Shown in pieces: positions 43,536-53,462 of a DNA stretch of 64,000 nt (the stretch's first letter is position 1; each line of letters starts with the position of its first letter). The stretch is from Nitrospirota bacterium (GTDB lineage Bacteria; Nitrospirota; UBA9217), in the NCBI GenBank assembly GCA_963740085.1, contig CAVUCU010000004.1, forward strand, positions 608,001-672,000, given 5' to 3'. Under the pieces are notes generated by a model. The model searched no databases, was not told where the DNA came from, and saw only the letters and a list, made by a program, of their open reading frames with translations. Both the position numbers and the translations under genes were made by a program.

Positions 43536-43589
43536 CTGACTGCACTTGACTAACGATGTATCTAATGGTAACATCCCTCACTTTTAAAA

Positions 43590-44846
43590 ATGATTATATC
43601 GTCTTCAAAATTAATCAGTTGTAAACGGAATACTTACCCGGTCAATGAATGGGCTGTTGTAATTAATAAGGGAATCATTCAAAAGGTCGGACCGCTGCAA
43701 CAAATAACACGTCAATTCCCTCATCAACGCATGTATCAGTTGCACAACGCCGTACTCATGCCTGGTCTCGTAAATGTTCACACTCATATTGAATTACCTG
43801 ATCTGTTGAATACAATCCGAAGTGAGGCCTTTCCTTACTGGATCTTGAATCTGATAAACGCAAAAAAGGGCCTAAGCTCAAAAAATTATGCTTCTGCTAC
43901 TGCTAAAAACATTAATTCCATCATACAAACAGGTACAACCACGATCGGTGAAATCTGCACACATGGTGTTAGCCCTTCTCTTATCAGGGCAAGCGGGTTG
44001 CGGGCGGTTGTGTTTCACGAAATAATTAAAATGGCGTCAAGGGTAAGCGGTCAGGGGTCAGGGATACAGCTGCCTCGCGGAGCAGATTCAGTATTAATAA
44101 AATCCGGACTTTCACCTCACACGCCCTATACGGTTTCTGAACCAGTACTGCGCGATATAAAAATGCTCGCAAAGAAGAGACGTATTCGAATCGCAATGCA
44201 TGTTGCAGAATCCAAAGACGAGTTAAAGCTACTGCGGAGAGAAAAAAGCGGTCTTGAAAAGCTTTATAAACTTGCTTCCTGGGACCTCGACTGGGCTCCA
44301 GCGGGCTCTTCATCCTTTGAGTATCTCAAGAGGATCGGATTCCTCTCTACTCACCTTCTGGCTGTACATGCCGTGCAGGTAACGGATCTGGACATTGCAT
44401 TGATCAGAAAGTCAAAGGTTTCCATCGCACATTGTCCAAGGAGCAATAAAGAAACAGGCGTCGGCAGAATGCCGCTTAATAAGTTTCTCGATGCCGGCAT
44501 CACTGTTGGTCTCGGTACCGACAGCCTCGCAAGCTCTCCAAGTCTCAGCATGTGGGACGAGATGCGCTTCGCGTACCGTATACACCACCGTGACGGCATC
44601 ACGGCAAAAGATATCTTTACTATTGCGACTATTGGCGGAGCGAAGGCCCTTGGCCTGGAAAAAGAAATCGGCAGTATTGAACCGGGCAAAAGGGCCGATA
44701 TCATTGCTGTTCCCCTGCCCTCAAAAAATACGGGAGACATCTATTCCGACTTGCTCAGGGAAACGAAATCCTGTATTATGACCGTGGTCAATGGCAAAAT
44801 AATCTGGAAGGAGCCTTCAAGGTTAGCAGCTCAAAGTTCAAAGTGA
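43590..44846 (+). CDS. Amidohydrolase, probable aminodeoxyfutalosine deaminase
   Basis: PGLVN.HTH, SPH.PYTV, HVAES..E, HCPRSN, GTDS; first gene of the mqnE-mqnC operon. Confidence 0.75.
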   Translation: MIISSSKLISCKRNTYPVNEWAVVINKGIIQKVGPLQQITRQFPHQRMYQLHNAVLMPGLVNVHTHIELPDLLNTIRSEAFPYWILNLINAKKGLSSKNYASATAKNINSIIQTGTTTIGEICTHGVSPSLIRASGLRAVVFHEIIKMASRVSGQGSGIQLPRGADSVLIKSGLSPHTPYTVSEPVLRDIKMLAKKRRIRIAMHVAESKDELKLLRREKSGLEKLYKLASWDLDWAPAGSSSFEYLKRIGFLSTHLLAVHAVQVTDLDIALIRKSKVSIAHCPRSNKETGVGRMPLNKFLDAGITVGLGTDSLASSPSLSMWDEMRFAYRIHHRDGITAKDIFTIATIGGAKALGLEKEIGSIEPGKRADIIAVPLPSKNTGDIYSDLLRETKSCIMTVVNGKIIWKEPSRLAAQSSK

Positions 44847-45916
44847 AGATAGATCGAATCAAAGATAAAATCCTTTCCGACCAGCGCCTCACTCGGGCTG
44901 ATGGCATCGGCCTCTTTCAATCGAACGATCTTCTTTCGCTCGGTCGAATGGCCGCTCACGTCGCACAGCGCAAGAACGGCAACCGCGTCTATTTCGTCCA
45001 GAACATGCACATCAACCCGACGAATATTTGTGTCAATCGCTGCAAGTTCTGTGCGTTCAGCAGGAGCAAAGGCGAGCCCGGCGCGTACGAGATGAGCATT
45101 GACGATATCCTGAACAAGGCGCGCAATGCGGGAAAAGGGGTACGTGAGTTCCATATCGTATCAGGCCTCCACCCGGACCTGCCTTTTACGTGGTATCTTG
45201 ACATGCTCAGCGCCTTGAAAAAAGAATTTCCCAAAATACACCTTAAAGCATTTACTGCCGTGGAGATCGATTATCTGGCGAAACTTTCCGGTCTCAGTGT
45301 CACTGATACGTTGATGCAACTCCGCGATGCAGGTCTCGGTTCTCTTCCCGGCGGCGGTGCTGAAATATTCAACACTACTGTACGCAATACTTTATGTGCA
45401 GAAAAGATCAGCGGCGACCGCTGGCTTGAAGTGATCGCGGCAGCGCACAAGATCGGCCTCAAATCGAACGCAACAATGCTTTATGGACATATCGAGACGT
45501 ATGAGCACCGGATCGACCATCTGCTCAAGCTGAGGGGCCTTCAGGACAGGACCGGAGGTTTCCAGGCCTTTATTCCCCTGAGCTTCCATTCTCAGAACAC
45601 AGAAATTATGAAGTCAGCCTATACGACCGGTTTTGACGACCTCAAGACCCTCGCGATCTCCCGGCTGATGCTTGACAACTTTGACCACATCAAGGCGTAC
45701 TGGGTCATGCTGGGAGAAAAGATCGCTCAGGTCTCTCTCAACTTCGGCGTTGATGATCTTGACGGCACTGTGGTGGAGGAAAGGATCACCAAAGCAGCGG
45801 GCGGGACCACGGATGGGAGCATGGCCAGGGGCGATATTGTGCACCTCATCAAGCAGGCGGATCGCCTACCGGTGGAACGGGACACGATCTATAATGTTGT
45901 AAAGGTTTGGAAATAG
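44843..45916 (+). CDS. mqnE: Aminofutalosine synthase (radical SAM)
   Basis: NPTNICVNRCKFCAF, KAFTAVEI, PGGGAEI, NATMLYGH, HIKAYW. Confidence 0.9.
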   Translation: MKIDRIKDKILSDQRLTRADGIGLFQSNDLLSLGRMAAHVAQRKNGNRVYFVQNMHINPTNICVNRCKFCAFSRSKGEPGAYEMSIDDILNKARNAGKGVREFHIVSGLHPDLPFTWYLDMLSALKKEFPKIHLKAFTAVEIDYLAKLSGLSVTDTLMQLRDAGLGSLPGGGAEIFNTTVRNTLCAEKISGDRWLEVIAAAHKIGLKSNATMLYGHIETYEHRIDHLLKLRGLQDRTGGFQAFIPLSFHSQNTEIMKSAYTTGFDDLKTLAISRLMLDNFDHIKAYWVMLGEKIAQVSLNFGVDDLDGTVVEERITKAAGGTTDGSMARGDIVHLIKQADRLPVERDTIYNVVKVWK

Positions 45917-45922
45917 AAATTC

Positions 45923-47005
45923 ATGGTCAAGATGAGTACCACGATAAAAAAAATAATCAACAAGGCTTCATCTCACAAACGCCTTACCGCTGACGAGGGG
46001 CTTGCCCTCTTTCGGCAGGCCGATCTCCTGACGCTGGGCGAGCTTGCGAACAGCACGCGGAAGCGTCTTCACCCGAAACGGCTTGTTACCTTTATTGTTG
46101 ACCGGAACATCAATTACACCAATATCTGCGTGAATAAATGCAAGTTCTGTGCGTTCTACCGGGAGGCAGACAGTCCTGAAGCTTATATCCTGTCAAAGGA
46201 CGAAATATTCAAAAAGATCGAAGAGACGATAGCACAGGGCGGCACGCAGATACTTATGCAGGGCGGAGTGCATCCTGATCTGAGCATTGACTATTTTGAA
46301 GACTTGTTCAGAGCCATCAAGTCTCGTTATAAGATCCATATCCATTCGCTCTCGCCTTCAGAGATATCATTCGTCGCTAATAAAGCGAACTTAAGTATCA
46401 AAGATACGATTATGCGTCTCAGAACTGCAGGTTTGGATTCCATTCCCGGCGGGGGGGCTGAGATACTCGTTGACCGCGTCAGAAAAAAGGTGAGTCCGAA
46501 CAAGATCAGGTGGCGTCAATGGGCCGATGTTATGAAAGAAGCACAGAAACTCGGCATGCCTACGACTGCCACCATGATGTTCGGCAGTCTCGAAACAGAT
46601 AAAGAGATAATTGAACATCTGCTCAGACTCCGGGATGTTCAGGAAGAGACTGACGGGTTTACCGCATTCATCCCCTGGACCTATCAACCGGGAAATACAG
46701 CACTCGGCGGACGGTCAGCCACAGCCGTAGAGTATCTGAAGGTCCTCGCCCTTTCACGCATCATGCTCGATAATTTTCATAACATTCAAGCTTCATGGGT
46801 GACGCAAGGTGCAAAAATAGCACAGGTTGCTCTAGAGTTCGGCGCAAATGATTTCGGCAGCACCATGATTGAAGAGAATGTGGTAGCAGCGGCAGGCATT
46901 ACGTTCAGAATGACAAAACAGGAGATTGTAAGTATCATAAAAGATGCGGGCTATACCCCAGCTCAGAGAGATACAAAATATAATATTCTGAAAAGAGAAG
47001 ACTGA
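45923..47005 (+). CDS. mqnC: Cyclic dehypoxanthinyl futalosine synthase (radical SAM)
   Basis: DRNINYTNIC...CKFCAFYR, QGG.HP, TATMMFG, NIQASW, MIEENVV. Confidence 0.9.
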   Translation: MVKMSTTIKKIINKASSHKRLTADEGLALFRQADLLTLGELANSTRKRLHPKRLVTFIVDRNINYTNICVNKCKFCAFYREADSPEAYILSKDEIFKKIEETIAQGGTQILMQGGVHPDLSIDYFEDLFRAIKSRYKIHIHSLSPSEISFVANKANLSIKDTIMRLRTAGLDSIPGGGAEILVDRVRKKVSPNKIRWRQWADVMKEAQKLGMPTTATMMFGSLETDKEIIEHLLRLRDVQEETDGFTAFIPWTYQPGNTALGGRSATAVEYLKVLALSRIMLDNFHNIQASWVTQGAKIAQVALEFGANDFGSTMIEENVVAAAGITFRMTKQEIVSIIKDAGYTPAQRDTKYNILKRED

Positions 47006-47273
47006 CTTTCACCGTGAATAATTATAGCGTCTTGATAACTTTCACGTACCATTTTCATGTCAAGAAGAGTGATGAAATCGTACGCTATAGAGGATTCAGC
47101 CGGCCTTGCGTCAGAAAAACTTTATTAAACTAGCGAGTTACATTTCCTTTGCACAAAACATGTGGACAACCTGTTACTAAGTCTGTGAATATCTTTTTTT
47201 GGGACGCTGTTTCAGCACGGCAAATGCAAATCGCACAATTAATAGGCATCCAGAGATCAATTAAAACATATAG

Positions 47274-48549
47274 TTATAAAATTAATCCAAAATTTCCCTG
47301 TTCTTTTACCTCCTTGATCATTACGTTTATTTTTTTCCCGATGTCCCCTGTTTTTGCTCCATAAATCATCACGCGGATGTAATTATCCGTCAATCCAGTC
47401 AAGAGACCTGTATCACGATCAAGCTTGTCTTCAACGACAACGTTAAGCTCCGATCCCTGGTGCGCTTTCCTGAACAAAAGGTTTTTTTTCATACCAAGTG
47501 CGCGGAGAGATAAACTGCGTTCCTTTTTGATCGGTTCCGGGACCTGGCCCTTCATTTCAGCCGCAGGAGTACCGGGGCGGGGAGAGTAACTGAAAACATG
47601 CAAGTGCGTTAAAGGAGATCGTTCCACGAGACGCATAGTATTCTGAAACTCTTTTTCGCCTTCTCCGGGGTAGCCTACGATTATATCCGCCCCAAGAGCG
47701 ATGCCGGGGACCCGCGAAGCGATCTCTTCAAGCAGGTCCTTATAGAAACGGGAAGTATATTTCCGTTTCATGGATGCTAAAATTGTGTCATCACCACTCT
47801 GAAGTGGGATGTGCAGGTACCGGCAGAGCCCCTGACCGAGAGACTTGATCATCTCCCCGGTGACCTCATTCGGTTCAATAGAACTCAGACGTATCCGTGT
47901 CCTTCCCCGTGACAGAATAAGTATCTTGATCAATTCAGTCAGACTAATGCCATTCCCGAGATCCGACCCGTATGACCCGATATGGACACCGGTCAGCACA
48001 ACCTCGGCATATCCCCTGTCTACAAAACATTTGAACTGACGAATTACCTCATCGGGTGTTGCGCTGCGCGAATCGCCTCTTGCGAGCGGGACAATGCAAT
48101 AGGAGCATCGGTTGTCGCAGCCATCCTGTATCTTCAAAAACCCCCGCGTTCTCGTGTGCAGGGCATTAAGCGAACTCTTGGAAGCGGGCAGTTTGTCCGG
48201 TTTGTTTGCGGAAGCTGTAGACATGATGTTGATCAGATATCAAGGTCTTATCACGGTTCCCGATCACCAGTCCAACTCCAGGTATCTTTTTTATCTCTTC
48301 GGGGCGCGTTTCGGCGTAGCAGCCTGTTACCACGACTTTGGCGCCGTTCCCGCGCCGGACTGCGGAACGAATCATCTGCCTGCTCTGCGTGTCGCTCCTG
48401 GCGGTCACCGAGCAGGTGTTGACGATATAGACATCAGCCTCAGCGTCAAAGGGAACAACAATATTTCCCCGGGAGAGGAGGTCCTGCTGCAGAGCGTCTG
48501 TCTCGAACTGATTGATTTTACATCCGAGAGTTGTAAAAGCTATTCGCAT
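47274..48549 (-). pseudogene. mtaB: tRNA t6A37 methylthiotransferase MtaB, split by a +1 indel at about 48229 (probable sequence error)
   Basis: TLGCKINQFE, NTCSVT, TGCYA in 5' ORF; KIQDGCDNRCSYC, RLSSIEP, TDNY in 3' ORF. Confidence 0.88.
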
Positions 48550-49850
48550 AACTGTCCCGTGAGGGAATTCACACCCGCCGCAATGATCTTGACAAGAACG
48601 AGTGAACCGACGAGCGTGGTGGGCGCGAAGATGTTTACCGCTTTGTTCCCCCTTGTCCTTGCACTCAGCGTCCCGCCTTTTTTGCTTAAACCGTCGACAA
48701 GGACCTCCTGAACTGAGTTGACAAGTTTTTCATTGCCTTGAGATGTAATTGCCTGTTGAAGATCCAGCACCTTCGCGAGCCGCTTTTCCTTTACCTCATC
48801 GGGCAGGTGATCCTTCAACTCAAGTGCGGCCGTACCCGGCCGTTTCGAATACTTGAAAGCAAAGATGCCGTCATACCGCACTTCTTCAAGCAGATTCATG
48901 GTCATTTCGAAATCCCGCTCTTGTTCTCCCGGAAACCCGACGATTATGTCCGTGGTAAGCGTGATATGCGGAACGGACTTTCGCAATTTCTTTACTTTTC
49001 CCAGATACTCTTCGCGAGTATAGCGCCTGTTCATGACACGTAGGATGTCGTCTGAACCACTCTGTATCGGCAGGTGTAGAGACTCGCAAACCTTGGGAAG
49101 ATCACGAAGCGCAGTGATAAGGTTGTCCGACAGGTCTCGGGGATGGGATGTAACAAACCGTATCCGCTCGAGATAAGGGACATCGTTGACCGATCTCAGA
49201 AGAGAAGGAAAATTTATATGCCCTTCAAGTCCCTTGCCGTACGAGTTGACGTTCTGGCCCAGCAGGGTCACTTCCTTGTAGCCATTCCGTGCGAGTTCGC
49301 TCACTTCATCTACGATATCCGAAAGAAGCCGTGAACGTTCCCTGCCGCGCAGATAGGGCACTACGCAATAGGTGCAAAAATTGTCGCATCCGTACATGAT
49401 GGATACCCAGGCCTTTAATCTATCGGTTCGTGCGGCAGGAATGCGTTTACGGTGATATTCAGGGTCTCCGGAAGTATCGACCACCGGAGCGGACCAGGAA
49501 CGCTTCTTTTCGACCATTTCAGGGAGTCGCGACAGATCCGAGGGTCCAAATACCATGTCCACATGGGGTGCACGGGAGAGGATCTTCGCGCCTTCCTGCT
49601 GAGCTATACAGCCTGCTATGGCGATTTTGAGACCCGGTCTCTCGTCTTTGATCTTTTTAAGCCGACCCAGTTCGCTGTAAAATTTCTGTTCGGCCTTTTC
49701 GCGGATACTGCACGTGTTCAGGATGACCAAGTCCGCATGTTCGACACTCGAGGAGGACGTGCATCCCTGTTCTTCAAGAATGCCGGTCATGCGTTCGGAG
49801 TCGTGCTCATTCATCTGGCATCCAAAGGTGATAATATGAAACGATTTCAT
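48540..49850 (-). CDS. miaB: tRNA i6A37 methylthiotransferase
   Basis: TFGCQMNEHDS, NTCSIRE.AE, GCDNFCTYCVVPY.RG.ERSR, TSHP, TRAM domain. Confidence 0.95.
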   Translation of the reverse strand: MKSFHIITFGCQMNEHDSERMTGILEEQGCTSSSSVEHADLVILNTCSIREKAEQKFYSELGRLKKIKDERPGLKIAIAGCIAQQEGAKILSRAPHVDMVFGPSDLSRLPEMVEKKRSWSAPVVDTSGDPEYHRKRIPAARTDRLKAWVSIMYGCDNFCTYCVVPYLRGRERSRLLSDIVDEVSELARNGYKEVTLLGQNVNSYGKGLEGHINFPSLLRSVNDVPYLERIRFVTSHPRDLSDNLITALRDLPKVCESLHLPIQSGSDDILRVMNRRYTREEYLGKVKKLRKSVPHITLTTDIIVGFPGEQERDFEMTMNLLEEVRYDGIFAFKYSKRPGTAALELKDHLPDEVKEKRLAKVLDLQQAITSQGNEKLVNSVQEVLVDGLSKKGGTLSARTRGNKAVNIFAPTTLVGSLVLVKIIAAGVNSLTGQLCE

Positions 49851-49921
49851 GCGGTCATTATAATACGCGGGTGAGTGTTAAACAAGAGGTATCTGAAGAG
49901 AGGGCGGAAGCATGATCATTA

Positions 49922-50722
49922 TCAGGAAATCCAAAATCGAACAGCCTCTCCTCTTTTGACGGACAAGGCGGTTCTCGCATTCTGCTTGAACATGAATATT
50001 TCAAGCACACCTGAGCTGTTTATGATAGCGCCGGGTGCTCCCGGAGCGGACTCTGCGTAATATTTTTTCAGACCCTTGATCTCTTTGCCGGAGAGACCGA
50101 CCGATACGGAACCTAAGTTAACGCCTTCCGGAATAAAGGATTTGATGTCCTCATAGGTAATATTAGTAATGATATTGCCGTACCGGTCGATGTGAACAAT
50201 ATGTCCTTCAATCCCGTTCGGCGATGTCTTTGGTACAGGGATGTTCAACTTCACGAAGTCCGTTATTTCATCACCGAAGTTCCCCGATGCTATCCCTTTT
50301 GTCAACCAGCCTGCTACAGGGGCAAAGACGTCCCTTCCGTGAAACGTAGGTCCTGGTTTTGGGGAAAAATAGTGTGAGGAGGTGATGTGATGAACCCTGA
50401 TTCGTTCCGCTTCCTGATACACAAGGGTAAAAAGACCGTTATCAGGTCCGACGAAGTAGTAACTTTCTGTCACGACAATAATCGGTCTTCTACCGCTGCC
50501 AACACCGGGGTCAACAACCGCCAGGTGCACTGTTCCTTTTGGGAAATAACCATAGCCAGACCTCAGCGTGTATGCAGCTTCCCAGATATCCTGAGGGGTG
50601 ATCTCATTGGATATATCGACGATATGTGCCTGGGGATTGATCTTAAGGATGACCCCCTTCATGCTTGCCGCAAAGGCATCTTTCCCGCCGTAATCAGTTG
50701 TCAGTGTTATAATGGCGGACAT
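49922..50722 (-). CDS. DUF62 / SAM hydroxide adenosyltransferase (chlorinase/fluorinase superfamily)
   Basis: ITLTTDYG, VVDPGVG..RR, GPDNG, TFHGRDVFAP, DRYGN. Confidence 0.88.
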   Translation of the reverse strand: MSAIITLTTDYGGKDAFAASMKGVILKINPQAHIVDISNEITPQDIWEAAYTLRSGYGYFPKGTVHLAVVDPGVGSGRRPIIVVTESYYFVGPDNGLFTLVYQEAERIRVHHITSSHYFSPKPGPTFHGRDVFAPVAGWLTKGIASGNFGDEITDFVKLNIPVPKTSPNGIEGHIVHIDRYGNIITNITYEDIKSFIPEGVNLGSVSVGLSGKEIKGLKKYYAESAPGAPGAIINSSGVLEIFMFKQNARTALSVKRGEAVRFWIS

Positions 50723-50831
50723 CTATCCTCCGGTTAACTGCATAGGGGTGTCTATGTCTATCAATTGAGAATGAATATATCAGGCTGAATTTGCTTTGTC
50801 AAATCCAAAGATATGATCATATCCGACGGGA

Positions 50832-51524
50832 CTATCGCAAAGAACCCTTTTGAAGAATTCCGTCAAGTAAGTCGTCGAATCTGCGAGAGCCGTAGGGTAT
50901 GATCCCCATAATCCGTACATTGGACATCTTTTCTATTGCTGCCGGACTTGTCTTTTCAGCCAAACCCGTTTTTTGTTCCAAAGCATAATTGATCACAATA
51001 CCGGCAATGTCTATGTTACGCCCTTTCAGCGCTGCAATGGTGAGCATGGTGTGATTTATCGTACCAAGGCCTGGTCGTGCAACGATCAAGACGGGAAGGC
51101 CCATTTTTTTCGCAAGATCAAGATAGGCATATTTTCCGGACAACGGCACCATGATACCTCCGGCACCTTCTACGATCATGAAATCATGTTTTTTGGAGAG
51201 CGTTTGAAAAGCAGTGATTATTCTCGCAGGATCGATCGTTTTGCCCTCGAGTTCGCCGGCAACTGCCGGAGCAATCGGCTGTCTGAATTTATAGGGGTTT
51301 ACGAGTGAAAGCGGGTCATTTACACGCGCCGCTTTCATCAACCGGAGAGCATCCCTTGGCATCAACAATCCGTCGCGCATTTTACAACCGGTTTCCGCGG
51401 GCTTCATCACCCCTACGTCCACACCCCGGCACTTGAGGGTTGATGCTATTCCCGCGGACACATACGTTTTTCCAACGCCGGTGTCGGTTCCGGTAATAAA
51501 TACTCCTGCTGCCATCCGGTTCAT
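50832..51524 (-). CDS. bioD: Dethiobiotin synthase
   Basis: TGTDTGVGKT, MKP..TG, VEGAGG, LGTINH. Confidence 0.95.
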   Translation of the reverse strand: MNRMAAGVFITGTDTGVGKTYVSAGIASTLKCRGVDVGVMKPAETGCKMRDGLLMPRDALRLMKAARVNDPLSLVNPYKFRQPIAPAVAGELEGKTIDPARIITAFQTLSKKHDFMIVEGAGGIMVPLSGKYAYLDLAKKMGLPVLIVARPGLGTINHTMLTIAALKGRNIDIAGIVINYALEQKTGLAEKTSPAAIEKMSNVRIMGIIPYGSRRFDDLLDGILQKGSLR

Positions 51525-52255
51525 TAAACTATCCTGCTGTCCAAATTGAACACCTGTCCCGACACATTGTTCATCAGGGTAAGATGATAGATAAAGTCCG
51601 CTACTTCGCGTGGATCAGATGCTTTGCCGAGGGAATTCTCTTTCAAAATACGATCATGAACAACATTCGATATGCTGTTGCCCATATCTGTGGGCAAATA
51701 GCCAGGCAGTACCACATTGACCTTGATATTAAATGAACCAAGCTCCTTTGCCGATGCCTTTGTCAATCCTATGAGGCCTGCCTTTGCGGATGAATAGTTC
51801 GCCTGCCCTTGCCTTCCCTGCAGACCAACAATGGATGAAATATTGATAATATGGCCGCTGCGTTGTTTGCTCATCTGGTGAGCTGCAGCCCGAATGCAGT
51901 GGAATGGCCCACTGAGATTGGTATCGACCACGTCGTCCCAGTCTTCCTCGGTCATGCGAAGCAGTATCCCATCTTTGGTCATAGCAGCATTGTTTATCAA
52001 AACGTCGACAGCGCCCCAGCGTTCAACTGTATCTCTGGTCATGGCGTTAACTTCTTCCGGATCTTTAATATCAGCCCTGTAGGTTGCTGATTCTCCGCCA
52101 TTCTGTGATATTTCATCTGCCACAGCCTTCGCAGTGCGTTCATTGGATAAAAAGTTCACGATTACCCGCTCACCTGCCCTCCCGAAACAGAGAGCGATCT
52201 CCCTGCCGAGTCCACGAGAAGCACCAGTGACGATGACCACGCGTTTACGGGTCAT
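51524..52255 (-). CDS. FabG-like short-chain dehydrogenase/reductase
   Basis: TGASRGLG, NNAA, SS..G..G..GQANYSSAK (YxxxK), PG...TDM. Confidence 0.88.
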   Translation of the reverse strand: MTRKRVVIVTGASRGLGREIALCFGRAGERVIVNFLSNERTAKAVADEISQNGGESATYRADIKDPEEVNAMTRDTVERWGAVDVLINNAAMTKDGILLRMTEEDWDDVVDTNLSGPFHCIRAAAHQMSKQRSGHIINISSIVGLQGRQGQANYSSAKAGLIGLTKASAKELGSFNIKVNVVLPGYLPTDMGNSISNVVHDRILKENSLGKASDPREVADFIYHLTLMNNVSGQVFNLDSRIV

Positions 52256-53413
52256 TTAAAGATACCCTTCCTGCTGAAGTTTTCTGAAAATACCGAGCGC
52301 TGAATCAATATCGTCCTCCGTATGAGCAGCCGTAACGGTTGTCCTTATTCGCGCGGCATTAACCGGAACAGTGGGAGGACGGATTGCAGAAGCGTAAATG
52401 CCGCATTCGAACAATCGCTCCGCCGCCTTAAGCGCTCGGCCGGAGTCACCGATGACAATGGGAATGATAGGCGTTTCGGAATTTCCTGTGCTGATCCCGA
52501 TCGATTTGAGTCCCTTGACGAACCGGCTGCGATTTTTCCAAAGCCTGTCCCTGCGCTCCGGATCTTGTTCGACAACAGCGATTGCGGCGAGAGACGCCGC
52601 ACACACCGATGGCGGCAACGCAGTGCTATAGATATAACTTCTTGCATTGTTGATAAGCATGTTGATAAGGTTATTGCTCCCCGCAGCATAGGCCCCGAAC
52701 GAACCAAACGCCTTTCCAAGAGTGCCCATCAGAATAGGTACGCGGCCGGAGAGCCCTAAATGCTCGACCGTCCCCCTGCCGGTTTTGCCGAGTACTCCGG
52801 TGCCATGGGCATCATCAACCATGAGTATCGCATCGTATTTCTCGGAAAGAGACACGAGATCCCGGAGCGGCGCGATATCGCCGTCCATGCTGAAAACACC
52901 ATCGGTAACGATCAGTTTTCGTCTGGCGTTCAGGTATTTCTGTAAAAGCGTCTCGACCTGACCAACATCCTTGTGACGGTATACCATCACCTCCGCCCTG
53001 CTCAAACGGCAGCCGTCGATGATGCTCGCGTGGTTCAGACTGTCGCTCAGGATCACATCTCCGGTCCCCGCGATTGCAGGGATGATACCGGTATTAGCCG
53101 CATATCCGGAGTTAAACACAATTGCCGCCTCCGTACCCTTGAAGCGGGCAATGCTGTCCTCCAGAGCCTGATGCAGCGGGCTCGTCCCCGAAATAAGTCT
53201 CGACGCACCTGCTCCGAAGTCGTAGCGGGCCATCGCCTGCCCGGCAGCCTGACGCAATGAAGGATGATTTGCAAGGCCAAGATAGTCGTTCGAGCACAGA
53301 AGCAGCATTTCCCTGCCTTTTACGGTGACGCGAGGACCGTCATAAGCTTCAACGACCGTAAGACTCCTGAGAAGGTGCCGCTCTTCTAATTGTGACAGCT
53401 CTTGTTCAAACAT
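52256..53413 (-). CDS. bioF: 8-amino-7-oxononanoate synthase
   Basis: SNDYLGL, SGY.AN, NHAS..DG, DDAHG, TLGKA (PLP Lys), IRPPTVP; start refined to 53413. Confidence 0.93.
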   Translation of the reverse strand: MFEQELSQLEERHLLRSLTVVEAYDGPRVTVKGREMLLLCSNDYLGLANHPSLRQAAGQAMARYDFGAGASRLISGTSPLHQALEDSIARFKGTEAAIVFNSGYAANTGIIPAIAGTGDVILSDSLNHASIIDGCRLSRAEVMVYRHKDVGQVETLLQKYLNARRKLIVTDGVFSMDGDIAPLRDLVSLSEKYDAILMVDDAHGTGVLGKTGRGTVEHLGLSGRVPILMGTLGKAFGSFGAYAAGSNNLINMLINNARSYIYSTALPPSVCAASLAAIAVVEQDPERRDRLWKNRSRFVKGLKSIGISTGNSETPIIPIVIGDSGRALKAAERLFECGIYASAIRPPTVPVNAARIRTTVTAAHTEDDIDSALGIFRKLQQEGYL

Positions 53414-53462
53414 AGGTGGCAATCGTACTGCAATGGATGAGATTTGTTCTTCGAGTGATTCG

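Noticed and set aside
47147-47192. oriC
   Set aside because: No dnaA/dnaN/gidA context, imperfect boxes, and dif is only about 25 kb away.
49922-50722. Fluorinase or chlorinase
   Set aside because: TFHGRD and the Asp/Arg/His triad indicate the hydrolase branch.
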